Source of the DNA: Chrysomallon squamiferum
Taxonomy: Eukaryota > Animalia > Mollusca
DNA length: 64,000 nt
Direction: 5' to 3'
Assembly (NCBI GenBank): GCA_012295275.1
Contig: CM022672.1
Span: 22,630,001 to 22,694,000 of the forward strand
Shown piece by piece: positions 63,549 to 64,000 of this stretch; position 1 is the stretch's first letter; each line of letters opens with the position of its first letter. A program made the position numbers and the translations under genes. Under the pieces are notes generated by a model, which did not search any database, was not told where the DNA came from, and was given only the letters and a program-made list of their open reading frames with translations.

Positions 63549-64000
63549 CTTCGTATTTCCAACTTGAACGATCTTCCTTATTTGATCAATGTCCAGTTTG
63601 TTAGCAAATTAACAATTCGTAGCCCAATCTTTGTGAAGCAGCTTTCTTCGTGTCGTTAGCTAGTGTTAATGGCGTCAGCTATGCTTTCATAGTAAAGATC
63701 CTGGATATCCATGCGCAGAATTTTCTTCCGGCTCAAAAAAAAAAATAGACGTGGACTGTGACGGAGTTTTTGAATGACATTATTAGGCAACTATGTTGGT
63801 ATATTTTGCGTTATGTCTGAAGCAGGGACAAATGGTTATCCTGTTTCTCTATGCTCTGTTTTACGTGTTGGTCAATTTGATGTAAATATGTTCCACAGAG
63901 AGTTTTATGTAATACTTACCAGTCCTCAACCATTAAATAAGTTCTCTTATATCAAATCAGTTTTCCGAAAAGTTAATTGAAATACCATTAATCTTGTAAC

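Overview
AT-rich, microsatellite-dense animal genomic DNA with spliceosomal introns. It is most likely a mollusc, inferred from a molluscidin-like gene and a BIR-BIR-UBA IAP expansion. From left to right the window holds: (1) a full-length but frameshifted Buster-type hAT transposon (265-3083, 8-bp TSD) carrying a nested hAT MITE; (2) a ~12.8-kb single-isotype tandem array of tRNA-His(GUG) genes (16 copies plus 2 fossils, all on +, alternating A/B spacer units, TCTAGA at -45/-46); (3) a 3-coding-exon SWI5 gene (89 aa) at the right end of the array; (4) a 3-coding-exon gene for a 58-aa Lys/Ala-rich peptide resembling oyster molluscidin, missed by the ORF track; (5) a ~30-kb region reshaped by inverted and direct segmental duplications. 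This last region holds four IAP-family copies: two intact RING-less BIR-BIR-UBA genes and two BIR-less UBA-only derivatives (1x and 2x UBA). It also holds decayed RING exons, a kB-like site upstream of both intact copies, relics of a polycystin-2-like gene, and a 200-N assembly gap. Most short ORFs in the supplied track are microsatellite noise or translations of tRNA sequence. Family assignments come from recalled sequence motifs; no searches were run.
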